Below, one piece after another: positions 50,800-60,398 of a DNA stretch of 64,000 nucleotides. Under the pieces are notes generated by a model. The model was not told the origin of the DNA, did no database searches, and saw only the letters and a program-made list of their open reading frames with translations. The stretch spans positions 1 through 64,000 of the forward strand of contig JAPDKB010000009.1 in the NCBI GenBank assembly GCA_029258795.1, in the 5' to 3' direction. Positions within the stretch are counted from its first letter, which is position 1. Each line of letters starts with the position of its first letter. Position numbers and translations under genes: made by a program. Origin of the DNA: an archaeon. GTDB lineage: Archaea; EX4484-52; WAPT01.

Positions 50800-51353
50800 C
50801 CTTCCACAACCTCAACACCAAATTTCTCTTTCATGAATTGGATTGCCTCTTCTCTTTTTATTCTGTGGCTCCTGCCCACCTTCGTTTTTCTTAGCTTCCT
50901 TCTTTTGACCCTAAAACCGGGTCTTTCCAGTTGAATTGCCACATCCATACCAAAAATACCAATGCTGGGATCATATTTTATGCCGGGAATGTCCAGATAT
51001 TCCTTTATTCCAAAATTGACGTTACCTTCATTATCAAAACAGCTCATTCTTAACTTCTTATCCACTGCCTGCAACAGCTTCTCGGCAAGCTCTTCAGCAT
51101 CCTTGCCACGCAGAGTAACTTTAACACCGATCGGCAATCCTCGCCTTATACCAAAAGTTCTGGCCTTTCGTGTGGCTTTCGTCTTCACCGGCTTTTTACC
51201 TGTGAGCTTTTCAAGCAATCTGTATGCTTTTTCCACTTCAGCAACAGGATCCTTCGTGCCTATATTCAGGACTAGCTTACCTATTCTTATTTCCCTCATG
51301 GGATTTGTCTTCGCTTCCTTACCTTTCTGAGCTTGAGTTGTGTTCTCGGCCAT
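50796..51353 (-). CDS. rpl5: ribosomal protein uL5
   Basis: NPMR, FGIRRG.PIG.KVTLRG, YDPSIGIFGMD. Confidence 0.96.
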   Translation of the reverse strand: MAENTTQAQKGKEAKTNPMREIRIGKLVLNIGTKDPVAEVEKAYRLLEKLTGKKPVKTKATRKARTFGIRRGLPIGVKVTLRGKDAEELAEKLLQAVDKKLRMSCFDNEGNVNFGIKEYLDIPGIKYDPSIGIFGMDVAIQLERPGFRVKRRKLRKTKVGRSHRIKREEAIQFMKEKFGVEVVEG

Positions 51354-51378
51354 CCACACTCACCATCAAAAAGCATGA

Positions 51379-52101
51379 CTAATGTACGGTTATTTCGGGC
51401 GCGTCATCGCCCACCACAAAAACATAATCAGCAAGCGTAGTAACTTTCTTATCACCTACCTTCAGAGTTATTCTGTTGGGGTCAAAACCCTTTATTATCT
51501 CAATCTGCTCCACCTTACCGAGTTCGCCAGCCAACTTACCTCTGTAAATCTGTGCAACCTTTCCAACTTCCATCTTTATGTGCTTGAGGATCTTCTGATC
51601 AGGCAAGCTTATGAGCAGGGAGTCCATGGTTTTGTAAACATCCTCCTTCGGATTGCAGGGATCCTTAACCTTGATAAGTATGTTCCTGCCATCGTGAAGG
51701 TTGAGCTGGATGTGACCGCCCTTAACCACGGTCTTGTTCATTATCCTGCAGAGCTTCATGTTCGCTTCCTTTTCCGGGATTTCGACCAGCACAAACCTCT
51801 CCTTCTTTGGAACGACTCTGTAGTGCTTGCCAGCATCAGGTAGGGATATGACATCCATCACTCCGACTCCAAAGCGGTCATCCTTGCGCACAACACCATC
51901 CACAACAACCTTTCCGGCAGCCACAATTTTCTTGGCTTCTCTTGCGTTTCTTGCGTAACCGAGCATGTCTCGCAACACTATTCTTAAAGGTATTGCTCTA
52001 TCATGCGGATGTCCGCCCCCCTTCACAACAGGAGCAAATTTGCTAACCTTGACTGGTATGCTGTAAACCTTTGGTGCAGCATATCTTTTTAGATGTGCCA
52101 T
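51379..52101 (-). CDS. rps4e: ribosomal protein eS4
   Basis: HLKRYAAP, VGVMDV, QLNLHDGRN. Confidence 0.96.
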   Translation of the reverse strand: MAHLKRYAAPKVYSIPVKVSKFAPVVKGGGHPHDRAIPLRIVLRDMLGYARNAREAKKIVAAGKVVVDGVVRKDDRFGVGVMDVISLPDAGKHYRVVPKKERFVLVEIPEKEANMKLCRIMNKTVVKGGHIQLNLHDGRNILIKVKDPCNPKEDVYKTMDSLLISLPDQKILKHIKMEVGKVAQIYRGKLAGELGKVEQIEIIKGFDPNRITLKVGDKKVTTLADYVFVVGDDAPEITVH

Positions 52102-52520
52102 CAGCTGCTCACCTCTTCTTTAGCAGATTCACCACTTTTTCTTGCAATCTTTTTAATTCTTTTCTCATCTTCCGTGTTCAACTCCACGATCTGAAGGTTG
52201 GATGGGTGGAGGGGTACAAGCACCTCACTACCATCCGTCTTCTTCCTCTTGACATTTTCAACATAAACGCGTCCTTTCTTTAGATTAACTCTTGTAACCT
52301 TACCCTCAACACCCTTAAATGAACCCCTCAACACCCGTACGACATCTCCTGTTCTTACAACAACATTTCTCCTTCCGTATTTCTTTCGTAGCTCTTTTGA
52401 GAGGTTGACTGAGAGGAATTTCCTCCTTATGTGGAGAGGAGCATTAGCTATGTATTTCCTCTGTTTTCTCGGGCTTTTGCTGCGCACCCAGTTCCTTGAA
52501 AACTTGACCTTCATAACCAT
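52101..52520 (-). CDS. rpl24: ribosomal protein uL24
   Basis: [24 protein letters not shown]. Confidence 0.96.
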   Translation of the reverse strand: MVMKVKFSRNWVRSKSPRKQRKYIANAPLHIRRKFLSVNLSKELRKKYGRRNVVVRTGDVVRVLRGSFKGVEGKVTRVNLKKGRVYVENVKRKKTDGSEVLVPLHPSNLQIVELNTEDEKRIKKIARKSGESAKEEVSS

Positions 52521-52528
52521 TCACCCCT

Positions 52529-52927
52529 TCACATCACTATGCTTGCTATTTTACCCACAGCCGGAAACCTTTCCACCGCCTCTTTTGCTACAACACCCTT
52601 TATTTCCCTTCCTCTTGGCTCCATCCTTTCATTTATGAGCACCGCAGCATTATCCTCAAAACAGACAAACATACCGTTTCTTCTCCTGTATTTTCTTCTC
52701 TGCCTGACCACCACCGCATGCACAACTTCATTCCTTATCTTTTCATTACCCTTTATAACGGTGCAGATCACAACATCTCCCACTCCTGCTCTTGCAATCC
52801 TCCTTCTCGTGCCTTTGTAACCCTTGACACCTATCACTTTGAGTAGCTTAGCTCCAGTATTATCTATACATTTCAGTACTGTACCTATCTGCACGGCTTT
52901 TATCGGTTTGACGCTTATGGCTTTCAT
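52529..52927 (-). CDS. rpl14: ribosomal protein uL14
   Basis: DNTGAK, AGVGD, FEDNAAV. Confidence 0.96.
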   Translation of the reverse strand: MKAISVKPIKAVQIGTVLKCIDNTGAKLLKVIGVKGYKGTRRRIARAGVGDVVICTVIKGNEKIRNEVVHAVVVRQRRKYRRRNGMFVCFEDNAAVLINERMEPRGREIKGVVAKEAVERFPAVGKIASIVM

Positions 52928-52939
52928 ATGCGGCACCCG

Positions 52940-53356
52940 TTACGCTTCTTTCACCACTTCTATCACAACAAAGCTCTTGGTTTTGCTTAGCGGCTTACAC
53001 TCCGCAATTCTAACGATATCTCCTTCTTTAGCGTTTATGCATGGCGGGTTGTGTGCAGCCACTTTCGTTCTGCAGCGCATGTATCTCTTCAGCTTTTTGA
53101 TTTTTCTCAAGTATTCCCAACCAACAACAACTGTCTTATCCATTTTGGCTGAAAGCACCACACCCTGAAAAATCTTACCCCTTATCTTGAGGTGACCATG
53201 ATAAGGACATTTTTCATCATTACAAACCTTCTTTGGCGGGTTTTTAACCTCAATACCTATATCCCTTATTTTTATTTTCACTTCTTTTTTCTTCTCAGCA
53301 GTCTTCTTACCACTACTTTCGCTCTTCTTTCCTTTTTGGGCTGTTTTCTCAGCCAT
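52940..53356 (-). CDS. rps17: ribosomal protein uS17 with charged N-terminal extension
   Basis: CNDEKCPYHG, AHNPPC, ECKPLSKTK. Confidence 0.96.
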   Translation of the reverse strand: MAEKTAQKGKKSESSGKKTAEKKKEVKIKIRDIGIEVKNPPKKVCNDEKCPYHGHLKIRGKIFQGVVLSAKMDKTVVVGWEYLRKIKKLKRYMRCRTKVAAHNPPCINAKEGDIVRIAECKPLSKTKSFVVIEVVKEA

Positions 53357-53654
53357 TCAATCCACCCCATATTTTTCGTGGAAACCTTTTCTTTATCCTA
53401 TCTTCGGGCCTGCCCTGAATCACCTTACCATCCACTTCCACCACGCTCCCATCCGGAAGCGTGAAGTGGAACACACAGTTCTTCTTTTCAACCCTGATCT
53501 CCCTGCCATCTCGCTTTCTTATCACAAGCGTGTTTTTCGTTTCATTTATGACTTGCCCTTCAACCCCCACAAGCGTGGGGTCACTGCTTTTTACTATTTT
53601 AACATCGAGGCCTATGAGCTCATGCCTGACGAGGTTCTCTGGCTTTATTGGCAT
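53349..53654 (-). CDS. rnp1: RNase P protein Rpp29
   Basis: HELIGL, G.VINETKN, GRPEDR. Confidence 0.93.
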   Translation of the reverse strand: MPIKPENLVRHELIGLDVKIVKSSDPTLVGVEGQVINETKNTLVIRKRDGREIRVEKKNCVFHFTLPDGSVVEVDGKVIQGRPEDRIKKRFPRKIWGGLNG

Positions 53655-53658
53655 CGGC

Positions 53659-53964
53659 TCACTCCACTATCGAGCTTTCCGGAAAGCCCTCCTCGATGAG
53701 CATCTTTTTGACCTTCAGGCGATGATCTCCCTGCAGTTCTATCTTACCGTCCTTGTAGGTACCACCACATGCAAGTTTTTTCTTGAACTTCTTGAGCAGT
53801 GATTTGATGTCTATGCTCTTTTCATCAAGCCCTTCTATAATCGTTATGGTTTTGCCGAATTTCCTCTTTTCCACATAAATTTTAATTTTCTGCTTTTCCC
53901 TCGCTATGGTTTCGCAGATGCACAGGTCTTTTGGAAGACCACAAACATTACATATCTCCGTCAT
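53659..53964 (-). CDS. sui1: translation initiation factor aIF1/SUI1
   Basis: [23 protein letters not shown]. Confidence 0.95.
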   Translation of the reverse strand: MTEICNVCGLPKDLCICETIAREKQKIKIYVEKRKFGKTITIIEGLDEKSIDIKSLLKKFKKKLACGGTYKDGKIELQGDHRLKVKKMLIEEGFPESSIVE

Positions 53965-54179
53965 TTCTTACTAAGCACCTCTTTTTCCCTTTTTATGGTC
54001 AATATCCTTGCTATAGTTCTTTTTATCTCTCTGACCTTACCTGGATTGTCCGGCACGCCTCCCACCTTTGCCTTTGCTCTTTCTTTCATCAGCTCCATTC
54101 TCAAATCTGCGAGTTTCTTCTCAAGTTCTTCGTCACTCATGTCTCTTATCTGTGTTGCCTTGAGTATTGCCATGATCAT
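53961..54179 (-). CDS. rpl29: ribosomal protein uL29
   Basis: [24 protein letters not shown]. Confidence 0.95.
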   Translation of the reverse strand: MIMAILKATQIRDMSDEELEKKLADLRMELMKERAKAKVGGVPDNPGKVREIKRTIARILTIKREKEVLSKK

Positions 54180-55066
54180 TCACCACTTTTCTTTTCCTCA
54201 TTTTTCTTCACAGAGCCCGAAGCATCAGCATCGGATTTCTTTCCCTTATCCATACCTTCCTTTTTCTTGACCTCTTTCTTCCTCTCATCACCCTTCTTCT
54301 CAGCCGTCTTCTTTTCCGCTTTTTTTGCCTTCTCCTTTACAGCGTTCTTCTCATCACTCCCTTCCTTTGTTTCCTCAACCTTTTCCTCCTCCTTCTCAGC
54401 TTCCTCCTCTTCCTTATCCTCTTCTTTCTTTACCGCGAACTTCTTAATGATGTCCTCACTTATTTCTACTTCTCCCCGCGCAACTCTCTTTTCAAGTTCC
54501 ATCTCAGGAGGCATAAAAGGCATTATTTCGACCTTTACTCCGATAACTCCCGGCTTGAGCACGGCTTGTTCCTTCGCAACATCCACGTATTCCTGAGCTG
54601 GATGTCCGCATTTCATGACATAACCAGCAACATACTTTTCTGTTCTGTGTCTCTCTCCCGTGAGCTTCCCGCTTACATCTATTTCAACACCAACCGCTCC
54701 AGCTTCCATGATCCTGTTGAGATACATGGTGACTACGCGCTTATAGTGCAAGCCCCTTTCAAGAGCGAATTTTATGCGTTTGGCAACCACCTTTGCATCA
54801 AGATAAGGATTATCAACACCTTTAACCTCTATCTGCGGGTTCTCTATGCCAAACTCCTCCTTCATTTTTTCCTGAATCTTGGCTATTCTTTCTCCACCCC
54901 TACCTATGACAAGTGCGGGTCTTCCAGCATATATAACTATTCTGGTTGCCAGAGGAGTCCTCTTAATCTCACACCGGCTGTACTCCGCTCTATCCAGCTC
55001 TTTATCCAAAAATTCAGCTATCTTCATGTTCACTATTCCTTCCTGAACGAACTTTCTCTCTATCAT
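54176..55066 (-). CDS. rps3: ribosomal protein uS3 with long charged C-terminal tail
   Basis: P.LVIGRGG KH motif, SGKL, GVIGVKV; ~85-aa K/E tail. Confidence 0.96.
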   Translation of the reverse strand: MIERKFVQEGIVNMKIAEFLDKELDRAEYSRCEIKRTPLATRIVIYAGRPALVIGRGGERIAKIQEKMKEEFGIENPQIEVKGVDNPYLDAKVVAKRIKFALERGLHYKRVVTMYLNRIMEAGAVGVEIDVSGKLTGERHRTEKYVAGYVMKCGHPAQEYVDVAKEQAVLKPGVIGVKVEIMPFMPPEMELEKRVARGEVEISEDIIKKFAVKKEEDKEEEEAEKEEEKVEETKEGSDEKNAVKEKAKKAEKKTAEKKGDERKKEVKKKEGMDKGKKSDADASGSVKKNEEKKSGE

Positions 55067-55073
55067 CCTTCCT

Positions 55074-55505
55074 TCACCTTTGCTCCAAAACTACTGAGAT
55101 GTGCACGCTCTTTCTTTTCTGCCCTCTGAGGGGTGAGCGCCTTGGCCTGTAAAATGTGGGGGCTTTCATCACCAAAAATGATTTGATGAAGAGCTTTGAA
55201 ACATCAAGTCCCTGATTCTCAGCGTTTTTCACAGCACTGTTGATGAGATCAAGTATTTCCTTTGCAGCGTTAACTGGATACCTTCCAGCCCCGATACCTG
55301 GCTTGTGAGCCACATCTCTGTTGAACCTGCCGAATGGCACAGCTCTCTTCATCTCAATGACATCCTGAAGGAAGCGCCTTGCTTTCTCAACGTTCATTCC
55401 CTTTATAGCTTTTCCTATTTCCACAGAGGCTTTCCATGAAATCCTTACATACCTTTTGCATGCTCTTGCCATTCTTGAAGGATCGTAATCCTGCACGTTA
55501 TACAT
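55074..55505 (-). CDS. rpl22: ribosomal protein uL22
   Basis: IKGM, AVPF.RF, GRYPV..A, NAE..GL. Confidence 0.95.
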   Translation of the reverse strand: MYNVQDYDPSRMARACKRYVRISWKASVEIGKAIKGMNVEKARRFLQDVIEMKRAVPFGRFNRDVAHKPGIGAGRYPVNAAKEILDLINSAVKNAENQGLDVSKLFIKSFLVMKAPTFYRPRRSPLRGQKRKSVHISVVLEQR

Positions 55506-55517
55506 CTCGGCTCACCT

Positions 55518-55907
55518 TCACTTCCTACCTACGTGCTTTGTTGATTTGGATGCACCTATACCTGGACCGCTGTGCTGCACGGGCTTTCTGGTTAGAGCAA
55601 ATTCTCCCAACCTGTGCCCTATCATTTCAGCGGTTATGGTGACGGGCACAAACTCTTTACCATTGTGGACGCCTATAGTGCGCCCCACCATTTCGGGCAG
55701 GATGATCATGTCTCTGCAGTGAGTTTTTATGAACTTGTCCTTGGAGGTTTTCCTTATTTTTTGAAGCAGCTTCTTCTCAGCTTCAGTGAGCCCTCTCTTC
55801 AAGTGTCTCCTAGCCCTTGCTGTCAGTAATTCAGCTAACTCTTCCAAGCTCATCTTCTGCAATTCTTCAAGCGTGTAACCTCTGAACCTGAACTCCTTTC
55901 GAGCCAT
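55518..55907 (-). CDS. rps19: ribosomal protein uS19
   Basis: [21 protein letters not shown]. Confidence 0.96.
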   Translation of the reverse strand: MARKEFRFRGYTLEELQKMSLEELAELLTARARRHLKRGLTEAEKKLLQKIRKTSKDKFIKTHCRDMIILPEMVGRTIGVHNGKEFVPVTITAEMIGHRLGEFALTRKPVQHSGPGIGASKSTKHVGRK

Positions 55908-55914
55908 TTACCAT

Positions 55915-56628
55915 TCACCTCTTCCTTCTACCGGTTCTTCTCGCGGCTATGCTACCCACCTTTCTGCCGGGCGGTGCACGCCTGCTAACAGTTTTGGGCA
56001 CACCAAAGCTCTTACCACCGAACTTGTGATCACATGCGTTCATGGCTTTAGCCCTCGTTCTCGGGTACTTCTTACCTCTCGCATGCATCGCGTGCCACTT
56101 ATTGCCAGCTTTCACAAATGGCTTTTTCGGCCTCTCTCCACCTGCAACTATACCTATTGTGGCTCTGCAGTTCGGATTGAGCCCCTTGGTTTTTCTTGAT
56201 GGGAATTGCACTGTGACTTTATCAACATCTCTTGAAAGGACTATGGCATAACCACCGCTTGCCCTCACGAGCTTTCCACCATCGCCAGGAACAACCTCTA
56301 TGTTAAACACGGGTGTACCTTCAGGTATGTCTTTAAGGGGCAGCACATTCCCTATCTTTAGCTGTGCTCCCTCTCCAACTTCCACAACGTCTCCCGTCTT
56401 CACACCTTCACTTGCAATGAAATACCATTTCTCACTCGTGCCATCGAATTTAACGAGTGCAAGAGGAGCTGTTCTGCCTGGATCATCCACTATATCTATT
56501 ATCTTACCTTTAAGGTTGCCCTTCTGAAGGGGAGGATATTTAACATCAGCAACGTAGTTGAAGCTTGGCACTAAGTAGGTTTTGGATACGCCCCTTCCAC
56601 GGCGCTGAGCGATTATTCTTGTACCCAT
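55915..56628 (-). CDS. rpl2: ribosomal protein uL2
   Basis: QRRGRG, DPGRTAP, PGDGG, AMNACDH. Confidence 0.96.
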   Translation of the reverse strand: MGTRIIAQRRGRGVSKTYLVPSFNYVADVKYPPLQKGNLKGKIIDIVDDPGRTAPLALVKFDGTSEKWYFIASEGVKTGDVVEVGEGAQLKIGNVLPLKDIPEGTPVFNIEVVPGDGGKLVRASGGYAIVLSRDVDKVTVQFPSRKTKGLNPNCRATIGIVAGGERPKKPFVKAGNKWHAMHARGKKYPRTRAKAMNACDHKFGGKSFGVPKTVSRRAPPGRKVGSIAARRTGRRKR

Positions 56629-56643
56629 ACATCACCACCATCA

Positions 56644-56922
56644 TCAGATTATGCCTAATTTAGCAGCTATGTCTGTAGCATTGTAATCCTTGCTTACGGC
56701 TATGTATGCCTTCTTCCTGCCCTTCGCATCTATCAACGTTCTAACCTTTCTGACCTTAACCTTAAACATGTTTTCAAAAGCTTTCTTTATCTTTTCCTTG
56801 TTAGCTCTTCTATCCACTATAAATGTTATGGTGTTCTCCCTCTCTATGAGAGAGATTGCCTTTTCTGTAAGCACGGGATAAAGCAACACTTCAAATGGGT
56901 CGTTAACCTTAACTTCAGCCAT
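56644..56922 (-). CDS. rpl23: ribosomal protein uL23
   Basis: TEKA, NTITFIV, KKAYI. Confidence 0.95.
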   Translation of the reverse strand: MAEVKVNDPFEVLLYPVLTEKAISLIERENTITFIVDRRANKEKIKKAFENMFKVKVRKVRTLIDAKGRKKAYIAVSKDYNATDIAAKLGII

Positions 56923-56923
56923 T

Positions 56924-57751
56924 TCAGCTCACCGCGAAAAGCTTTTTCTCCTCCAGCTCTTTTATGGCATTCTCACTCCAGATGCTCAACCTTCCTGCAT
57001 GACCACCCGGAGCCAGCATCTCCACGTTGAGATCCTTCACAAGGCAGACATCAACACCGGGTATGTTTCTTGCTGCCTTGAATATTCCATCATCCTTACT
57101 CACCACTATGAGGGGGCCTTTCCTCTTCTTGTATCTCCTTCCTCTCATCTTACCCTTTCCGGCCCTGTATCTTTTCTCGCGCACCCTTTCCAGCTCTTCC
57201 TCCAGACCCAGCTTTTTGAGCAGGTTTTCAAGCTCTTTTGTCTTCTTCACACTTTCAAGCTCGCTAACAACGACTATTGGTAGCTTTTCAACTTTATCCG
57301 CTCTGTGTCCTCTCTTAAGCACGAGGGTTTTCCTTGCAAGAGCGGCTATGGCAGCAAGTATAGCTTTCCTCCTCTCCTTCTTGTTTATCTTCTGCTCCCA
57401 CTTCTTCTCAGCTTTTGGTGGATGAGCTTTCCTACCCTTGACAGCATGTGGCACAAACCTCACAACTCCGGTCATGTGGCCTGAACCAACTCTTATGCGT
57501 GGCAGCCTCGCTATACCTCTGTTTATCCAGGCCCCGTAAGCGCCTCTTCTTCCTCTGTAATCAGCACTAGTTCTCTTTCCTGCCAGAGGATCAGCTCCAT
57601 AGGGCTGCCTCCTGTGGCTCATGATGGCAAGGAAAGCTCTGATTATGAGATCATGCCTTACCTCCTCGCTGAAGTGCTCGGGGAGAGTGATCTCGCCCTT
57701 CTTGCTTCCGTCCAGACCATAAACAGGAACTTTCAACTCAGCCATAGCCAT
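56924..57751 (-). CDS. rpl4: ribosomal protein uL4
   Basis: RQPYG, AHPPK, RAGKGKMRGRRY, LAPGG. Confidence 0.96.
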   Translation of the reverse strand: MAMAELKVPVYGLDGSKKGEITLPEHFSEEVRHDLIIRAFLAIMSHRRQPYGADPLAGKRTSADYRGRRGAYGAWINRGIARLPRIRVGSGHMTGVVRFVPHAVKGRKAHPPKAEKKWEQKINKKERRKAILAAIAALARKTLVLKRGHRADKVEKLPIVVVSELESVKKTKELENLLKKLGLEEELERVREKRYRAGKGKMRGRRYKKRKGPLIVVSKDDGIFKAARNIPGVDVCLVKDLNVEMLAPGGHAGRLSIWSENAIKELEEKKLFAVS

Positions 57752-57752
57752 T

Positions 57753-58760
57753 TCACCATATCAGCTGCTTGATCTCGGGAGGTTCTGTTGGGGGCTCATG
57801 AGACCTTATAGCATATCTTATCCTCACCAATCTCTTTGATGGCCCAGGAACAGAACCATGGATAATTATATAATCTGATTTCACAACACCATAGTGTTTC
57901 CAGCCACCGGGTCTTGCAACACGGGAAGCGTCATTTCCAACCTCCATAATCCACTTGTTGTACTCGGTCCTTGTGTGATACCCCATCTGACCCATCTGAG
58001 GAACGGTCCACATAGTTCTTGCAGGGTGCCATGGACCGAGAGTTCCAGCTTTTCTCCTTACCTTCCTTGCCTTGTGGTGCAGAAGCTTCACACCAAATCT
58101 CTTTACGGAGCCCTGGAATCCCTTACCCTTGGTAACGGCCGTGACATCAACAAAAACACCGGGAGAAAAGACATCGGAAATGCGAAGTTCCTTGCCGAGA
58201 AGGGAGGAAACCTCATCGAGAACAGCAGAAAGGGAATCAGAAGCAGAATCGGAAGAAGCGTCGTTTACCCAGTTTGTGGGGAAATAGTGAATCTCAAAGA
58301 TCTCAGGTGTCTTCTTTCCTATTCCTGCAAGCTTCGGCTGCGTTGCAACAATCAGCTTAACCTTATCAAAACCATTTTTGACCTTATCAAGCACAGCATT
58401 TTTATCCTTGTTCGGCTTTATTCCGGTTATTTTTCGTGCAACCTCCTTGTCTATCTTCTCACTCCACAGTTCTGTTATTGCTTCGTATCCATATGGTGTC
58501 TTTTTATAGAAGCGAGCAGCAAGAACCTTGAGAGGTGGTGTTTCTATCAGGGTTGCGGGCTCCACAATTTCCTTGTTCTTGAACATACCCTCCCTTTTTT
58601 CTATGTAATCAACCTGAAGCATCCCTACTTTGTATCCGGCAAATTCCACCACATTCTTGCCATCAACAGCAGGAACATGCCTGACTCTAGCATAAATGCG
58701 CTTAGCCCTAACTCTGGGGGAAAACTGCAATGATCCTCTCCTCGGGTGGTAATAGCTCAT
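57753..58760 (-). CDS. rpl3: ribosomal protein uL3
   Basis: PRRGSL, GYKVGM, TKGKGFQG, GQMGYHTRTE. Confidence 0.96.
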   Translation of the reverse strand: MSYYHPRRGSLQFSPRVRAKRIYARVRHVPAVDGKNVVEFAGYKVGMLQVDYIEKREGMFKNKEIVEPATLIETPPLKVLAARFYKKTPYGYEAITELWSEKIDKEVARKITGIKPNKDKNAVLDKVKNGFDKVKLIVATQPKLAGIGKKTPEIFEIHYFPTNWVNDASSDSASDSLSAVLDEVSSLLGKELRISDVFSPGVFVDVTAVTKGKGFQGSVKRFGVKLLHHKARKVRRKAGTLGPWHPARTMWTVPQMGQMGYHTRTEYNKWIMEVGNDASRVARPGGWKHYGVVKSDYIIIHGSVPGPSKRLVRIRYAIRSHEPPTEPPEIKQLIW

Positions 58761-59003
58761 TTCCACACACCACGCAGCATATTCATGGCTCGTAGCTTGT
58801 GTTCACAAGATTTGTAATCATGAAAATGATAACATTTAAATATTTTGGTGATATCTGGCTGGAGGCAACAACCTATACATACCCTCATACAAAAAAAGCG
58901 ACAGCTTTTAATCAAACACCAAAATTTTTAAACGTTGTTATTCTCGCCTTCACGACTTTAAAGAAAAAATATTTTTAAAGTAGCGTCGGCAATAAAATAC
59001 CCA

Positions 59004-59603
59004 ATGACTGAAAAACTCAGCGAAAAGGTGAAGAAATTCCTTGTAGTGAAAAAGAAAGTAAAACTGGAGGAAATATCCAGCTATAAAACTCAGATTCTCA
59101 TAATAGGGTCAACGATTTCCTTCCTTCTCGGAGGTTTTGACCTCTTACTTCCTTTTCTTCTTGCATGGTTTTCATACTTTATATTTGAGAGTTACGCATG
59201 GGAATTTGGTTTGGATAATCTTGGGGTGGAGCTCATAACACTGGCATGTGTGCTCGTGGGGATGAAATTCGAACCAGCATTTTCCTTCATTTACGCGTAT
59301 GTTACAATAGGCACAATGTCATCCATAGCAAAGTTTGTTGATCCCGACTCCGATGAGATATCAAATCCATTCGGAAGCTATGCTTTTGGGTATGGTGTTG
59401 CTGCGCTTTCAGCATCTTATCTAGCAGGCAACCTACCTTTCCCAGAACTTCTGGTTGCTTCTGCCATACTTGCCAATCTCGCGAGATTTGCTTTTGACCT
59501 CTTGGTTTACAGAAGTATTGATGATATTATATGGAGGGTGGGTAATATTTTCTTTAACTGCATTATTGCAATGTTCTTTTCATTTCTCAGCATGGTTATC
59601 TAG
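59004..59603 (+). CDS. multi-pass membrane protein
   Basis: several hydrophobic helices; no recognised family. Confidence 0.6.
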   Translation: MTEKLSEKVKKFLVVKKKVKLEEISSYKTQILIIGSTISFLLGGFDLLLPFLLAWFSYFIFESYAWEFGLDNLGVELITLACVLVGMKFEPAFSFIYAYVTIGTMSSIAKFVDPDSDEISNPFGSYAFGYGVAALSASYLAGNLPFPELLVASAILANLARFAFDLLVYRSIDDIIWRVGNIFFNCIIAMFFSFLSMVI

Positions 59604-60080
59604 GGTTTTTCGCAATCTTGTGTAGATGGGCGTGTATTTTCGTTTCTCGTAAAATCTGATCGAGTTGTGATTTCCAACGTAAGCGTCAAGCTCAACAATT
59701 TTGATGTCCATCTCATGCGCTTTCTTCTCGGCTGCTGAAAGCAATGCACTCCCCACCCCTTTGGAACGCCACTCTTCAACCACATAGATATTATCTACAT
59801 ACAACACCTTTTCCCGCCTATAGATTCCAGCATAAGTTATGACTCTCCCGCTCACCACACCGATAATCTTCCCATCCTCACTCTCAGCCACGAGCAACAA
59901 TTTCGTACCCTTTTTCATACCTCTAATACAAGAGTTAACGTAGTTCTTCAGGCTACCCTCACAATCATCTCCACTTTTGAGAAGGGGATCGTAATACCTC
60001 TCCTCTTCCTGCATCAGCTTGAAAAGTCGCAGTATATGGTCCGAGTCATCATCTTCGGCTTCCCTTATTTCCGCATGCAT
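59580..60080 (-). CDS. GNAT family acetyltransferase
   Basis: IYVVEEWRSKGVGSALL, N..SIRFYEK. Confidence 0.9.
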   Translation of the reverse strand: MHAEIREAEDDDSDHILRLFKLMQEEERYYDPLLKSGDDCEGSLKNYVNSCIRGMKKGTKLLLVAESEDGKIIGVVSGRVITYAGIYRREKVLYVDNIYVVEEWRSKGVGSALLSAAEKKAHEMDIKIVELDAYVGNHNSIRFYEKRKYTPIYTRLRKTLDNHAEK

Positions 60081-60110
60081 GAAGGGATCACACCATCAAA
60101 CAAAAATCTA

Positions 60111-60228
60111 TGGGCCGGCCAGGATTTTCAGCTGCGGAGTTCCAGCATATTCAGCTTTGCTCCGCAGCAATCGAACCTGGGACCTCTCCCGCGTCAGGGG
60201 AGCGTCATAACCCCTAGACCACCGGCCC
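60111..60228 (-). tRNA. tRNA-Val(GAC) with 45-nt intron at 59/60 (60125-60169)
   Basis: CT-GAC-GC loop; BHB TTCG:TGAA with GCTGCGGAG:CTCCGCAGC. Confidence 0.92.
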
Positions 60229-60398
60229 GTGAAATGCAAAAATGATTGGTGGAATAATTTTTTAACTTTTTGGAGCTGCACGGAATTGAAAGAAATATGT
60301 GAAAATAATAAGGTTGTATTTCGAAATTTCATTACTTCGATCTAATTAATCATCATGTGATGATAAAATTTAAAAAATTAAAGTATAAATATAATTGC

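Noticed and set aside
48861-54596. Phe/Ser-rich plus-strand ORFs (48861-49334, 53931-54596) similar to each other
   Set aside because: Antisense read-outs of the duplicated K/E tails, not genes
58225-58265. Short repeats encoding DASSDSASDSLS in uL3
   Set aside because: Small low-complexity in-frame loop insertion; no intein or mobile-element signature
58770-58830. Hairpin CTTGT-GAAC-ACAAG in the uL3 leader
   Set aside because: Only a 5-bp stem; insufficient evidence for a regulatory RNA without comparative data
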